A stretch of DNA of 64,000 nucleotides from a cyanobacterium endosymbiont of Rhopalodia gibba (GTDB taxonomy: Bacteria; Cyanobacteriota; Cyanobacteriia; Cyanobacteriales; Microcystaceae), in assembly GCA_045159875.1 (NCBI GenBank), contig CP067995.1, forward strand, positions 2,240,001-2,304,000, in the 5' to 3' direction. The notes beneath the pieces are model-generated. The model saw nothing but the letters and a program-made list of their open reading frames with translations. It was not told the origin of the DNA and ran no database searches. Below, in pieces: positions 22,787 to 33,535 of this stretch; positions within the stretch are counted from its first letter, which is position 1, and each line of letters begins with the position of its first letter. The position numbers and the translations under genes are program-made.

Positions 22787-24175
22787 CTAATTTTGCTTAA
22801 ATACAAAAACATTGTCTTGTTCATAAATAGAAATAAACTTTGTATCTTCTCTTATTTTTTTCACTAAATCAATAACAGTTTTTTTGGATTTTGGCCAACT
22901 CGGATGACGAACATTGAGCAGAATATAGTCAAAATTATTAATATCAATAGATTCCGCCTCTTTAATCCCTAACTTCACTACAGGACGATGGGTTAAATGT
23001 GGAGCAATTTGAGGAGATGTTAAAATTTTTACCTGAGGAGGGACTAACTTTACTCCTTGTTTCATCGCCAGTAATGTGTCTAATTGTTCTAAGTATTTTG
23101 AGCCAAAATAACTATATTTAGCTAATACTAAAAAAGTAATTAAAGACCAAATTGTAATTATTGTGCGACGTTTTATTATTTTTTTTCTAGCTGCTAATGC
23201 ATAAATGTTTGACAACAATAAAAAAGGTAAAATTGGCAAGGAATATTGATGAACTAAATCTTTTTGAGGTTGATAATCAGTTAATAAATTTAATCCTAAT
23301 TGAGGAATAGCTGCAACCATTGGAGTTAAATGACTGAAAGATAATCCCCAAATCACCGGAAAAACTAATAGAATTAAATATTCAAGATTAGCTAAGGTAA
23401 AAAGTTTACTAAGAACAATTCCAGGATTTAAAAAAAGATTTTTTATAATTTCTCCGACAGAATCTCCTAAAAAGGAATAACGTCCCAATGCAGCAACTTG
23501 ATCTCCACTAAACTGAGGAATAATAACTTGCGTCGTGATTAAAAGCCAAAAAAGCCCTAATCCTAACGCTATACTACCATAAAGACGTTTTCTTTCAAAG
23601 AAAAATAACCATAGTCCCATAGCTGCAACGGTTAAAGATAGTACAGCTTTACAACTTAAAATGATGATAATTGCTAATAAAAATTGCCAAAAATTATTGT
23701 TTTTTACTTCCAAGATTGCCCAAAATAAAATAGGTAAAGCTATGACTTCTGAATGAAAATCAAATAGATTGAGGTTAAACACTAAAGGATAAAGTAAATA
23801 AACCTCTGACATAGTTAAAGCTAAATTTTTTTGTAGTCCTGATTTCTGTGCTAGTCTGTAAACGGGGACTGCACCGAAGCCAAGAGCAACCGCTTGGATA
23901 GCAAATAACCAATGTACATTAGGATAAATTACATAAAATAATGCTAAGGGGTAAAGAATAAAAGCGGCATGATCTCCCAAAATGTGATTATCTACAAAAG
24001 AAACTATCGGTGTTTTTCCCTGACTAATTAAAAAAATTGCTTGATCAAACCAACCCAGATCTAAAGCATTCGATTGAAATAAAAAATGACGTAAACTTGC
24101 GCACGCAAAGAGTATTATTGTACTCGTACCAGTAATAGTCCAAAGCCAAAAAAGATTACTATCTTTCCCTTTCAT
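22787..24175 (-). CDS. DUF2079 family integral membrane protein (GT-C-like)
   Basis: LRHFLFQSNALDLGWFDQ, HILGDHAA, NLFDFHSEV; multi-TM. Confidence 0.85.
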   Translation of the reverse strand: MKGKDSNLFWLWTITGTSTIILFACASLRHFLFQSNALDLGWFDQAIFLISQGKTPIVSFVDNHILGDHAAFILYPLALFYVIYPNVHWLFAIQAVALGFGAVPVYRLAQKSGLQKNLALTMSEVYLLYPLVFNLNLFDFHSEVIALPILFWAILEVKNNNFWQFLLAIIIILSCKAVLSLTVAAMGLWLFFFERKRLYGSIALGLGLFWLLITTQVIIPQFSGDQVAALGRYSFLGDSVGEIIKNLFLNPGIVLSKLFTLANLEYLILLVFPVIWGLSFSHLTPMVAAIPQLGLNLLTDYQPQKDLVHQYSLPILPFLLLSNIYALAARKKIIKRRTIITIWSLITFLVLAKYSYFGSKYLEQLDTLLAMKQGVKLVPPQVKILTSPQIAPHLTHRPVVKLGIKEAESIDINNFDYILLNVRHPSWPKSKKTVIDLVKKIREDTKFISIYEQDNVFVFKQN

Positions 24176-24934
24176 ATGTTAACCATAACCAGAATAAAAA
24201 TGCTATGTTAGCCTAACTATTTTAGTAAAAAAATACAAAAAAGTTAAATAAAATTAAGTGATAGGAGGAATAGAGACTTTTAGTTGTGGTAGCCGACAGG
24301 AAGCGTTAAAAGAGTACTCCGTAGACAGAATATAAGCTTACAGTGACTTTTGGTCAGGATTGTCTGTGTTTAACTACTTTTTTGTTTCTCTTGACTACTA
24401 AAGACATCCCGAAGCCCTTTTCAATTAGTGAGAGTGGAGGACTGATATTACAGACATTTTAGAGACAACAACTGAGACTTGACTAAATGAGATGATAACT
24501 CGGTCAGCAGAAAATAACGGTTTAGAAATAGTAGTAAGTAGGTAAGATTAAATAAGTGTAAAATAGAAAAGTAGTTGAAAAAGAGTAATCACTAAATACT
24601 AGCCTCCTTAAAAATTTAATTAACTTAATTATTAAAAGTAATAGTTTAAGTAAAATAAGTGCGAGGAGAAAACCAATTACAATGACGTATTCATTTGATT
24701 TTAACATTTATTAATGAAACTAAAACTTATAGTAAATTGTAAGTATTTTTAGTCTCTTGACTAGAAGTATCTCGTCAGTTCTATTTAGAGGCTGTAGAAA
24801 AATACAATCAGTCTCTTAACAAATTATCTAAATTTCATTGAGGCAAAAATCTTTGCTTTTAAATCAACATCTTTCTTTTAAACAAAGAAGACTAAATTTA
24901 CAAAAATGTAATATTGTTAACAATCATCAATTAC

Positions 24935-26215
24935 TTATGCGACCCAAAGATGTTGGGCAAAACGAATTGAAAAACTGACTAATAAAACAGTACAGAACCC
25001 AATCATAGCATATCCCCAACGAGGATGATTTGAGAGTAATACTCCTAAACCTAGGCTAAGAGAAATAATCCCATAAGCCAAACGACTCAAAGAGATGGTA
25101 CCACCAGATGCTAACAACAATCCCAAGGAGGAAAACCCATAAGTAACTACAACAAAACTGAGCTGATTTCGTAAGTGCCATAGTAAATAAATTCCACCTA
25201 AAACAGATATCGTATTGATCAAAGGATCACCAATTAATAACCATAATAAAAATAGTAATCCACAACAACTATAATCAAAACGAGTTGCCCCTAGACAATC
25301 GCGATAATGCCATAAGCCATAAGCAATTATACTCATTAGTAATAATAAAAAAGGATGTAATAGATCCCATGAATTCTCATAATGCCATTGATTTCTTCCT
25401 GTGGTAATTTCAACCAACATAGTCCCCCATCCTTGCCAATCAATACCACGACTACGGTTCCATTGGGTATGCTGAACGGTAATAAATGCCAAAGGATCAT
25501 TAAACTGCACCCAGCAATAGCCACTATACAGTAAAACTCCTAACGCACTACCAAAACTTGTTACATAAGCAGTAATGGGAACGCGTCTGCACCATGCTGT
25601 GAGAAAAAAGGCGGGAATTAAAGCTAATCCTGTAATGCGAGTTGCGGTTGCCAACGTTCCCCACGCTGCAGCTTGTAGGTAAGACTGGCGATCAAAAGCC
25701 CATAAAGAAGCGGTGCTTAAAAATAGAAATAGTCCTTCAGTATAGACAACTGCGGTAAATAATGAGAGGGGACACCAAGCTAAAATGGTCGTTGTCCACT
25801 GTGCCGTCTTAATGCCATCTGTCCTTTTCACCCAATGAAAAACAATAAATAAAGTTCCTAAAAAGGCTAAATTATTAATCAATGTTCCCGCCACTTCTGC
25901 TGATAATCCTAACCCCATTACAATCCTGATTGTTAAAGGGAAAAAAGGAAAAAAAGCTACGTTAGCTCCCGGTATAGTTCCGATGCCATCATAATTGGCT
26001 GTAGCAATTTCTTGATAGAAATTACTATCCCAAGCAGAAAAAACCCCCCAACCCCATTCAGTCTTAATTCCACCTGAAGGAGCTTCAAGTAACGGGGCAA
26101 TCCCTAACATCCCTACAAGAATTAATCCTCGACTCAATAGCCAAGTCCCGATAATAAACCATAAGGGTTGCCAGAAAAATTTTCCTAACTTCTGAGTAGT
26201 GACTCTTAACTTCAT
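24935..26215 (-). CDS. Mannosyltransferase family (PIG-V-like, GT-C) membrane protein
   Basis: AWDSNFYQEIA, NVAFFPFFP, VYTEGLFL, ATRITG motifs. Confidence 0.85.
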   Translation of the reverse strand: MKLRVTTQKLGKFFWQPLWFIIGTWLLSRGLILVGMLGIAPLLEAPSGGIKTEWGWGVFSAWDSNFYQEIATANYDGIGTIPGANVAFFPFFPLTIRIVMGLGLSAEVAGTLINNLAFLGTLFIVFHWVKRTDGIKTAQWTTTILAWCPLSLFTAVVYTEGLFLFLSTASLWAFDRQSYLQAAAWGTLATATRITGLALIPAFFLTAWCRRVPITAYVTSFGSALGVLLYSGYCWVQFNDPLAFITVQHTQWNRSRGIDWQGWGTMLVEITTGRNQWHYENSWDLLHPFLLLLMSIIAYGLWHYRDCLGATRFDYSCCGLLFLLWLLIGDPLINTISVLGGIYLLWHLRNQLSFVVVTYGFSSLGLLLASGGTISLSRLAYGIISLSLGLGVLLSNHPRWGYAMIGFCTVLLVSFSIRFAQHLWVA

Positions 26216-26222
26216 CTTTGTC

Positions 26223-26468
26223 TTAATTGGAGACTCCTAGGAGAGTTATTAAATCAATGTGACGCTGAAACTCTGCGATCTTTCCTTAATAAATGGTAAG
26301 AACGTGAACCCATTTGTTTTGAAGGAATTTAGCCTTAAGCTGTCGTTCTAAAGTCAGTCCATGCCGTCAAATCTCCTTAGTTAATAAAGGACTTAGCAAG
26401 CTATAATTTCCTTCTTTCGCGACTTCGCAGAGTTGTTTGACGATTACTAAGTTTTTTGATTCATCCAT
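26223..26468 (-). pseudogene. SnoaL/NTF2-like (ketosteroid isomerase-like) protein pseudogene, internally deleted
   Basis: MDESKNLVIVKQLCEVAKEGNYSLLSPLLTKEI* ... WVHVLTIY*GKIAEFQRHID. Confidence 0.65.
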
Positions 26469-26682
26469 AATCTTTACTACTTCGCCGTCTTTCAATTTAG
26501 CAAACTCTAGACTCAAAAAATACCTTGGTCACTCATTTGTTATCACAGATGTCGATAATAAACAAATTATCCAAATCAACCAACTTGGAAAAAAATAAAC
26601 TGCTAATTTAGATTGATTTATAACTTCTGAAATACGATTAATGATTTTATGTTAGTTTTAAAGAAATCTTAAAGATGTTCTT

Positions 26683-26744
26683 AAAACAGGGTAAGCTTTA
26701 GATTATTTACCAGAAGGTAAATAATCTAAAGCTTACCCTGTTTT
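26683..26744. repeat. Perfect inverted repeat, 29-bp arms, 4-nt loop
   Basis: AAAACAGGGTAAGCTTTAGATTATTTACC-agaa-GGTAAATAATCTAAAGCTTACCCTGTTTT. Confidence 0.98.
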
Positions 26745-27149
26745 CGAACTTAGATCAATTTTTAGTTGCAATCTCTTTGTGTAAATTGCATCACAATCGT
26801 AGCATAGAAATATAGTAACAGCCTATCGTTCTACCTATAACCAAATAATCTTTCAATTTACATCTTTATATTGGGGCAGTTGACTAAAACAAATTACTAG
26901 TTTAGGTTAAGGAAGGCTAGAGACAGATATTAAAGTATTGATTGTCGGAATCAAATTTCGAAATTTTTTTAGGACAACACTGTGTTCATTAGTCCCTTCA
27001 GCTTTATGCAAAAATTAGGGTACTGACCAACTGATTCTCGGTTATGACTATTATTGGAATCACCTTTATCTTGTTACTAAAGAAGAAAGATAATTGAAAC
27101 AGTCATAGGACAATTCTACCTCATCGAGTTTTATTCAAATCTAGCTTCT

Positions 27150-28110
27150 TTGCGTAACAACTCGTCAATGGTCATATATATTTGAAGTTTTCTCGCAAAG
27201 ACTGTCCTGACTTCAAATTTTTGAACTTTTGTAAAATGATAACCTTATTCTGAATAAATGAATATAATCTACTTGAGTCGCCAATTATGGGACTTGTTCG
27301 CGGTAAAATTTGATAAATTCTTCTAAAGTCCAATTATATTGTGTTTTTTTTAAAAAAACATAAACAAATAAAGGTTGCGACAAGGGCTGATGTTTGTTCT
27401 TCTCCATAGTTTCAGTTGAAATAAACACCCCGCTTTCGCCATTATCAATGGCGAAAGCGGGGTGTTTATCTTGGTTTTGTTGATAATAAGAATAGCTAAA
27501 GTAACCCAAAGTATTAAGAGCTTAAGCAACCCTAATTACTAGTGCTTCATCATCCTTTCTGAAAACATAGTCTGAGCAACTTTCTGTTGCTTCACCCATG
27601 ATCGCTTCGGTAAGATGATTATAGGTTCCCGAGCTTTTACTGAGACTGTAAACAATTAAGGAACAATCAGGATAAGAGCAATAAATTTAATTCCAGAAAA
27701 CTATCATATTTTGAGCTTAAAACTCCTATATTTGTGCTGATTGACTCACTTTGAGGAAATAGAACCAAGTAGGAGATTTGCCACGACTATGAGCGGATAA
27801 AAAACAACAGGAAGTTCAATATCACAAACTGTGTTATTACTACAAAATTTCATTTCTGCCGAAGAAATAGGACGAGAGGCTGCATTGATGTCTATTTTCT
27901 CTGTACAAAATTTTCTAAATCCTTCTCTTCTCTTATCCCTGAAAAATTGTTTTCTATCGTCAGATCTTTAACTCGCTTATGGACAGGTTGTTTTTGATAG
28001 GTTTCTAACACTACTTCGGTTATCGAAAATACCGCACTCAAGCCATCTATCTTGATGGAGTGAATATCGTTAGAGATCACCTGGTTATAAGCTGGCATGA
28101 TTGCTATAAC
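27150..28110 (-). pseudogene. pstS: Second phosphate-binding protein (PstS family, IDGSST-type) pseudogene
   Basis: IKIDGLSAVFSITE (IDGSSTVYPITE), SSGTYNHLTEAIMGE..DYVFRKDDEALV (DSGTFDYFTEAI..DYTASEDDNVLV), LGYFSYSYYQQNQDK, HQPLSQPLFVYV (YQPLSRPLFIYV); stops and frameshifts. Confidence 0.9.
27421..27469. repeat. Perfect inverted repeat, 23-bp arms, 3-nt loop, inside the pstS pseudogene
   Basis: ATAAACACCCCGCTTTCGCCATT-atc-AATGGCGAAAGCGGGGTGTTTAT. Confidence 0.98.
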
Positions 28111-28250
28111 TACGATTAGAATCGTTGCCTTCGTAATATCTAAAGGAGCATTTAAGATATGTAATCTTTATAGATTATCTCACAATTTGTTTCCCATCAG
28201 AAATACAGTGACCATGTGTATTATTTCATTATGGTTTTCAACTCATTTTT

Positions 28251-28280
28251 AGTAACCTAAACTTAAATCAAAGTTAATTG
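28251..28280 (+). promoter_or_regulatory. Putative Pho box (SphR site), three degenerate units at 11-bp period
   Basis: AGTAACCT-aaa-CTTAAATC-aaa-GTTAATTG versus the cyanobacterial consensus PyTTAAPyPy(T/A)-NNN; lies between the divergent pstS genes. Confidence 0.45.
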
Positions 28281-28414
28281 AAAAGTTCAAGCTTTACCTA
28301 ACAAAACCACACCACAATCCTAAAAGTTAAAAGCTAAAATAAAAATGAATAAATAGTGAAGATTTATCTATTTTCCTCAGATGGTTTATAAAACCTAGAC
28401 TAAGAACTATATTT

Positions 28415-28433
28415 CTTAACCTATTGTTTACCC
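28415..28433 (+). promoter_or_regulatory. Putative Pho box (SphR site) upstream of pstS
   Basis: CTTAACCT-att-GTTTACCC, about 65 nt before the pstS ATG. Confidence 0.55.
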
Positions 28434-28497
28434 AAATTCGTTAACTTCTGTTTGAATGTTTATTGTGTAAGTAACTCAATTTACAAAACACCCAAAT

Positions 28498-29658
28498 ATG
28501 TTAAACTTTTTCGAACTCGAACAACGTCCTTTTCGTTTAATATCTTCCCTATCAATACTGGCATTAATAGTAAGTTTAGGGGCTTGTGGTGGCACGACTT
28601 ATGATGATAGGTCTATCGAGGAAACGGCTACTAACATAAACAAACCTCCATTAGAAGGTAACGTCACTCTAACCGGTGCAGGGGCATCTTTTCCCGCACC
28701 TCTCTACCAAAACTGGTTTGTTCAACTCAATAGTGCAATTCCTGAGCTTCAAGTTAACTATCAGTCTATAGGTAGTGGCGCAGGAGTCGAACAATTTACA
28801 ACTGGAACAGTAGACTTTGGTGCTAGTGATGTAGCAATGAAAGATGAAGAAATCGCAAAAGTTTCTAGAGGAGTGATATTGCTTCCTATGACTGCCGGAA
28901 GTATTGTAATGGCTTATAATCTTCCTGGGGTTAAAGGGCTGAAATTGTCTCGGGAAGCCTATGTAGGAATCATGCAAGGCAGTATCACTAACTGGAGTGA
29001 CCCCAAAATTGTTGAAGCTAACCCTGATTTAACTTTACCTAGTCAACCAATTACCGTCATTCACCGTTCTGATGGTAGTGGAACCACTGAAGTCTTCACC
29101 AAGCATCTGAGTGCGATTAGTTCAGAATGGGAAACTATGATCGGCCAAGGAAAAAGTGTAGAATGGCCTACCACTAAGGGAAGATTTATCGGTAGCAAAG
29201 GAAATGAAGGGGTAACTGCTACTATTCAACAAAATGAAGGAGCCATCGGCTATATTGAGTATGGCTATGCGAAGAATAATGGTTTAACCATGGCAGCCTT
29301 AGAAAATTTATCAGGGAACTATATAGAACCCAGTGACGAGTCTGCACAACAGACCTTAGAGGCGATTACTCTTCCTGAAAACTTACGAGTTTTCATCACC
29401 GACCCTGAAGGAGATCAATCCTATCCCATTGTGACCTATACTTGGATACTGGCTTACAAGCAATATGACGATCCTCAAAAAGCTATCGCCATGGAGGCCA
29501 TGGTTGAACATGTGTTAAACTATGGACAGGAAGCTAGTAAAGAACTCGGTTATGTTGCTTTACCTCCTAATGTCAAAGAGAAAGTAGCCGCGGCTGCTGA
29601 TGTAATTAGCCCGGACTACACTATTAAGGTCAAACAAACAGACAATTTTCTAGATTGA
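28498..29658 (+). CDS. pstS: Phosphate ABC transporter substrate-binding lipoprotein
   Basis: Lipobox LGAC, TGAGASFPAPLY, NYQSIGSGAG, VDFGASD, HRSDGSGTT, SYPIVTYTW. Confidence 0.96.
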   Translation: MLNFFELEQRPFRLISSLSILALIVSLGACGGTTYDDRSIEETATNINKPPLEGNVTLTGAGASFPAPLYQNWFVQLNSAIPELQVNYQSIGSGAGVEQFTTGTVDFGASDVAMKDEEIAKVSRGVILLPMTAGSIVMAYNLPGVKGLKLSREAYVGIMQGSITNWSDPKIVEANPDLTLPSQPITVIHRSDGSGTTEVFTKHLSAISSEWETMIGQGKSVEWPTTKGRFIGSKGNEGVTATIQQNEGAIGYIEYGYAKNNGLTMAALENLSGNYIEPSDESAQQTLEAITLPENLRVFITDPEGDQSYPIVTYTWILAYKQYDDPQKAIAMEAMVEHVLNYGQEASKELGYVALPPNVKEKVAAAADVISPDYTIKVKQTDNFLD

Positions 29659-29723
29659 TGTCCTACATTGACTAGATTAAATCACTTATAAATTTTTCCT
29701 AGTCTTTTCTAAAAGACTAAACA

Positions 29724-29825
29724 ACCTGAGTTCAGAGTTTAGGGATATTTCGACGCAAAAATTAGGAATAGAGACTTCTGATTACTGCAAATTTTCCGTG
29801 AACTTGACTTGTGCTGAACTCAGGT
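29724..29825. mobile_element. 102-bp miniature inverted-repeat element (IS982-like ends) with 5-bp target-site duplication
   Basis: ACCTGAGTTCAG (29724-29735) ... CTGAACTCAGGT (29814-29825), flanked on both sides by AAACA. Confidence 0.75.
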
Positions 29826-29883
29826 AAACAAATCATCGAGTTAAACTGTCATTTCTTACTTTCGACTTGATTATTCTTAAATT

Positions 29884-30852
29884 ATGATTGCACCTACTGC
29901 TTCTAAGTTTAAACAAACTGGAGTTGGCGTTCGCTCTGTTCTGGAGAAAACTTTCAATACTGGTTTTATTTGGCTGACCTTAGCCTTTGCAGTCAGCATT
30001 GGGTTAATTTTATTGTCCATTGCCATTGTAATCATTATGCGAGCCTGGCCAGCAATTAAAACCTACGGGGTTGGCTTTATTACCAATAGTGCTTGGAATC
30101 CCGTTATAGGAAAGGAAAAATTCGGAGCGTTACCGGTTATTTATGGAACTCTGATGAGTTCCTTCATTTCTCTATTCATTGCCGTTCCCTTAGGGATAGG
30201 AACGGCACTGTTTTTAAGTGAAAATTTTATCCCTCTTAAATTCCGCACCTTTTTAGTGTTCATGGTGGAACTATTAGCCGCTATTCCTAGTGTGGTGTAT
30301 GGGCTATGGGGTATTTTTGTCCTAATTCCCATTATGAACCCTATTAGTTCCTGGTTACACAACAACTTCAGCTGGGTACCCTTTTTTGCCACCCCTCCTG
30401 CTGGACCGGGAATGTTACCTGCGGGAATTGTCCTTGCCATTATGATTCTGCCTATTATTACTGCAGTTTCCCGTGATTCCTTAGCTTCTTTGTCCCCTGA
30501 ATTACGCCAAGCTTCTTTAAGCTTGGGAGCAACCCGTTGGGAAACGATTTTTCGTGTATTGATTCCGTCAGCTATTTCGGGAATTGTTGGAGGAATTATG
30601 TTAGCTCTTGGTCGTGCAATGGGGGAAACTATGGCAGTTACGATGATTATCGGGAATGCTAATAAAATCAGCATCTCTCTGCTCGAACCGGCAAACACCA
30701 TCTCTTCTCTTTTAGCCAACCAATTTGCTGAAGCATCAGGAATGCAGGTTTCTGCCCTGATGTATGCTGCGTTGGTCTTAATGGTTTTGACCCTAATTGT
30801 TAATGTTGCAGCCGATTGCATTGTAACTCAGGTGCGAGCCAAGTATCAGTAA
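29884..30852 (+). CDS. pstC: Phosphate ABC transporter permease
   Basis: ELLAAIPSVVYGLWG, IMILPII, ASLSLGATRWETI, LGRAMGETMAV. Confidence 0.96.
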   Translation: MIAPTASKFKQTGVGVRSVLEKTFNTGFIWLTLAFAVSIGLILLSIAIVIIMRAWPAIKTYGVGFITNSAWNPVIGKEKFGALPVIYGTLMSSFISLFIAVPLGIGTALFLSENFIPLKFRTFLVFMVELLAAIPSVVYGLWGIFVLIPIMNPISSWLHNNFSWVPFFATPPAGPGMLPAGIVLAIMILPIITAVSRDSLASLSPELRQASLSLGATRWETIFRVLIPSAISGIVGGIMLALGRAMGETMAVTMIIGNANKISISLLEPANTISSLLANQFAEASGMQVSALMYAALVLMVLTLIVNVAADCIVTQVRAKYQ

Positions 30853-30915
30853 TAGAGGAATGGTAAAAATTAAGCTTTCTCTCCTCTGTCTCTACCGTTT
30901 TACTTTTCAAAAAAA

Positions 30916-31799
30916 ATGACTGATTCAAGTGCAACCGAGATTGGTTTAACTCTAAAAAAAAACTAGGCAATTCCCGCACCCTATTTAACAGCTTCTGGAC
31001 GGCTTTAGCCTCTTTATGTATGATTATCACTTTAATCCCCTTAGTTGCAGTTCTTATTTTCGTGATGCTTCAGGGATTAGGGCAAGTCAACCTGGATTTA
31101 TTTACCAAGCTTCCCCCACCGCCTGGATTGTCACAAGGAGGTATTGCTAACGCTATTCTTGGAACTTTACTAACTGTAGGTTTAGCGACTCTTATTGCTG
31201 TTCCCATTGGGGTACTCACTGCCGTTTATCTATCAGAATTTAGCGCAGGGAATCAAATTGCTCGTTGGGTTCGTTTTGCAACCAATGTTCTCAGTGGAGT
31301 TCCTTCAATTATTGCTGGCATTTTTGCTTATGGTTTATTCGTCGCAACAAAAATTGTTGGGTTTTCTGCCGTTGCAGGAGGAGTAGCTTTAGCTGTATTG
31401 ATGTTACCAACTATTATCCGGACAACGGATGAAGCCTTACAACTTGTTTCTCAAGAAATCCGTTGGGCAGCCTTTGGACTGGGGGCTTATAATTACCAAA
31501 CAGTCTTAAAAGTTGTCCTTCCCGCGGCTGTTCCTGCTATTTTAACTGGAGTAACCTTAGCGATTGCCCGTGCTGCAGGGGAAACCGCTCCTTTAATTTT
31601 TACGGCTTTGTTTTCTAACTTTTGGCCTAAGGGAATCTTTGAACCTATTGCCACTCTATCAGTGTTAGTTTATAACTATGCTATTGTTCCTTTTAAGCCC
31701 CAACAAGAATTAGCCTGGACAGGGTCCTTAATTTTGGTTTTGTTAGTGTTAATTACCAGTGTAGCTACTCGTTGGGCAACTCGACAGAAAACTTATTAA
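30916..31799 (+). CDS. pstA: Phosphate ABC transporter permease with a frameshift in an A9 tract near the 5' end
   Basis: ATG 30916 gives MTDSSATEIGLTLKKN*. After the A9 run (30954-30962) another frame reads KLGNSRTLFNSFWTALASLC into ORF 31020-31799 (LSGVPSIIAG, ARAAGETAPL). Confidence 0.88.
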
Positions 31800-31825
31800 T
31801 TGATAGTGAACAGTAATAGACAACT

Positions 31826-32638
31826 TTGATGATAGATAACGAAATTTCGGATTCTATTAAGACAGAAACAGTTTTTACCTTAGAAAATGTTGATATCTTC
31901 TACGGAGATTATCGAGTGGTTCGGGATGTTACTTTTCCCATTTACAAGAATAAAGTGACTGCTTTTATCGGTCCTTCAGGTTGTGGAAAAAGCACCATTC
32001 TACGATGTTTAAATCGACTTAACGATTTAATCGAAATCTTTCACCTAACGGGAACAATTTCTTATTATGGACAAAATCTTTATGCCCCTGATATTGATTC
32101 TGTAGAAGTAAGAAAACGAATCGGAATGGTCTTCCAAAAACCCAATCCTTTCCCAAAAACTATTTACGATAACATTGTTTACGGAGCGAGAATAAATAAT
32201 TATGAGGGAGATCTCGATGAATTAGTAGAGACTTCCCTAAAACGATCTGCTCTTTGGGATGAAGTTAAAGATAAATTACAAGATAATGGCTTTTCTTTAT
32301 CAGGAGGACAACAACAACGTCTGTGTATTGCGAGAACTATTGCTGCTCAACCGGAAGTGGTTTTAATGGACGAACCCTGCTCAGCCCTTGATCCTATTTC
32401 AACCTTAAAAGTTGAAGAATTAATGCACGAACTTAAGGAACAGTACACTATTGTGATAGTCACTCACAACATGCAGCAAGCGACGCGAGTAGCTGACTTA
32501 ACCGCTTTTTTTAATACAGAAGTAACTGAGAAAGGAAGCAAGGTCGGTTATCTTGTAGAATACGATACAACCCAAACTATTTTCGGTAGTCCTCGTCAAC
32601 AAGATACTAAAGATTATATTAGTGGCCGGTTTGGTTAG
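31826..32638 (+). CDS. pstB: Phosphate ABC transporter ATP-binding protein (copy 1)
   Basis: [50 protein letters not shown]. Confidence 0.96.
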   Translation: MMIDNEISDSIKTETVFTLENVDIFYGDYRVVRDVTFPIYKNKVTAFIGPSGCGKSTILRCLNRLNDLIEIFHLTGTISYYGQNLYAPDIDSVEVRKRIGMVFQKPNPFPKTIYDNIVYGARINNYEGDLDELVETSLKRSALWDEVKDKLQDNGFSLSGGQQQRLCIARTIAAQPEVVLMDEPCSALDPISTLKVEELMHELKEQYTIVIVTHNMQQATRVADLTAFFNTEVTEKGSKVGYLVEYDTTQTIFGSPRQQDTKDYISGRFG

Positions 32639-32740
32639 AAAAGATTAAGAGAGGAAAGAGGGAAAGTAGGTAGAAATTGTATAGTTAATTTTTACAAACT
32701 TCAATATAATCTTTATTGTAAGGGAATTCAACGAAAAATT

Positions 32741-33535
32741 ATGGTAGCTAATGTAGGAACAGAAACAGTTTTAACAACCCAGAAACTTAATGTTTTTTAC
32801 GGCACTAATTTGGCAGTAAGAGAGGTTTCCTTAGAGATTCCTAAGAATAAAGTTGTAGCTTTCATTGGTCCTTCAGGTTGTGGAAAAAGTACTGTTCTCC
32901 GCTGTTTCAATCGGATGAACGATCTAATTCCCAGTGCTAGGATCGATGGCAAAATAACCTTTAAGGGAAGCGATATTTATGCAGATAAAGTTGACCCTAT
33001 AGACTTACGTTCTCGTATTGGCATGGTATTTCAAAAACCAAATCCTTTTCCCAAATCTATTTACGAAAATATTGCATTTGGGGCAAGAATAAATGGATTT
33101 AAGGGGGATATGGATGAATTAGTAGAAATGTCTTTAAAAAAAGCTGTAATATGGGATGAAACTAAAGATAAATTAATGCAAAGTGGACTTGCTTTATCAG
33201 GAGGGCAACAACAACGTCTGTGTATTGCGAGAACCATTGCCGTCAAACCAGAAGTAATCTTGATGGATGAACCATGTGCCGCCCTTGATCCCATTTCCAC
33301 CCTTAAAATCGAAGAACTAATTCACGAATTGAAGCAACAATACACTATTGTTATAGTTACTCACAATATGCAACAAGCATCACGGGTATCCGATTTTACT
33401 GCCTTTTATAATGCAGAAGCTACTGATAAAGAAGAAAAAGTAGGGTATTTAGCAGAATATAACGAAACAGAGATTATTTTCCAAAATCCTGCCCAGGAAA
33501 CAACGAGGGATTATGTAAGTGGACGGTTTGGTTAA
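32741..33535 (+). CDS. pstB: Phosphate ABC transporter ATP-binding protein (copy 2)
   Basis: Same motifs as copy 1; tandem pstB pairs are typical of cyanobacteria. Confidence 0.96.
   Translation: MVANVGTETVLTTQKLNVFYGTNLAVREVSLEIPKNKVVAFIGPSGCGKSTVLRCFNRMNDLIPSARIDGKITFKGSDIYADKVDPIDLRSRIGMVFQKPNPFPKSIYENIAFGARINGFKGDMDELVEMSLKKAVIWDETKDKLMQSGLALSGGQQQRLCIARTIAVKPEVILMDEPCAALDPISTLKIEELIHELKQQYTIVIVTHNMQQASRVSDFTAFYNAEATDKEEKVGYLAEYNETEIIFQNPAQETTRDYVSGRFG

Noticed and set aside
27285..28098. ORFs of 74 aa and 68 aa as independent small genes
   Set aside because: Both are fragments of the pstS pseudogene.
30141..30821. 226-aa antisense ORF
   Set aside because: Shadow of the hydrophobic pstC on the opposite strand; no independent motifs.
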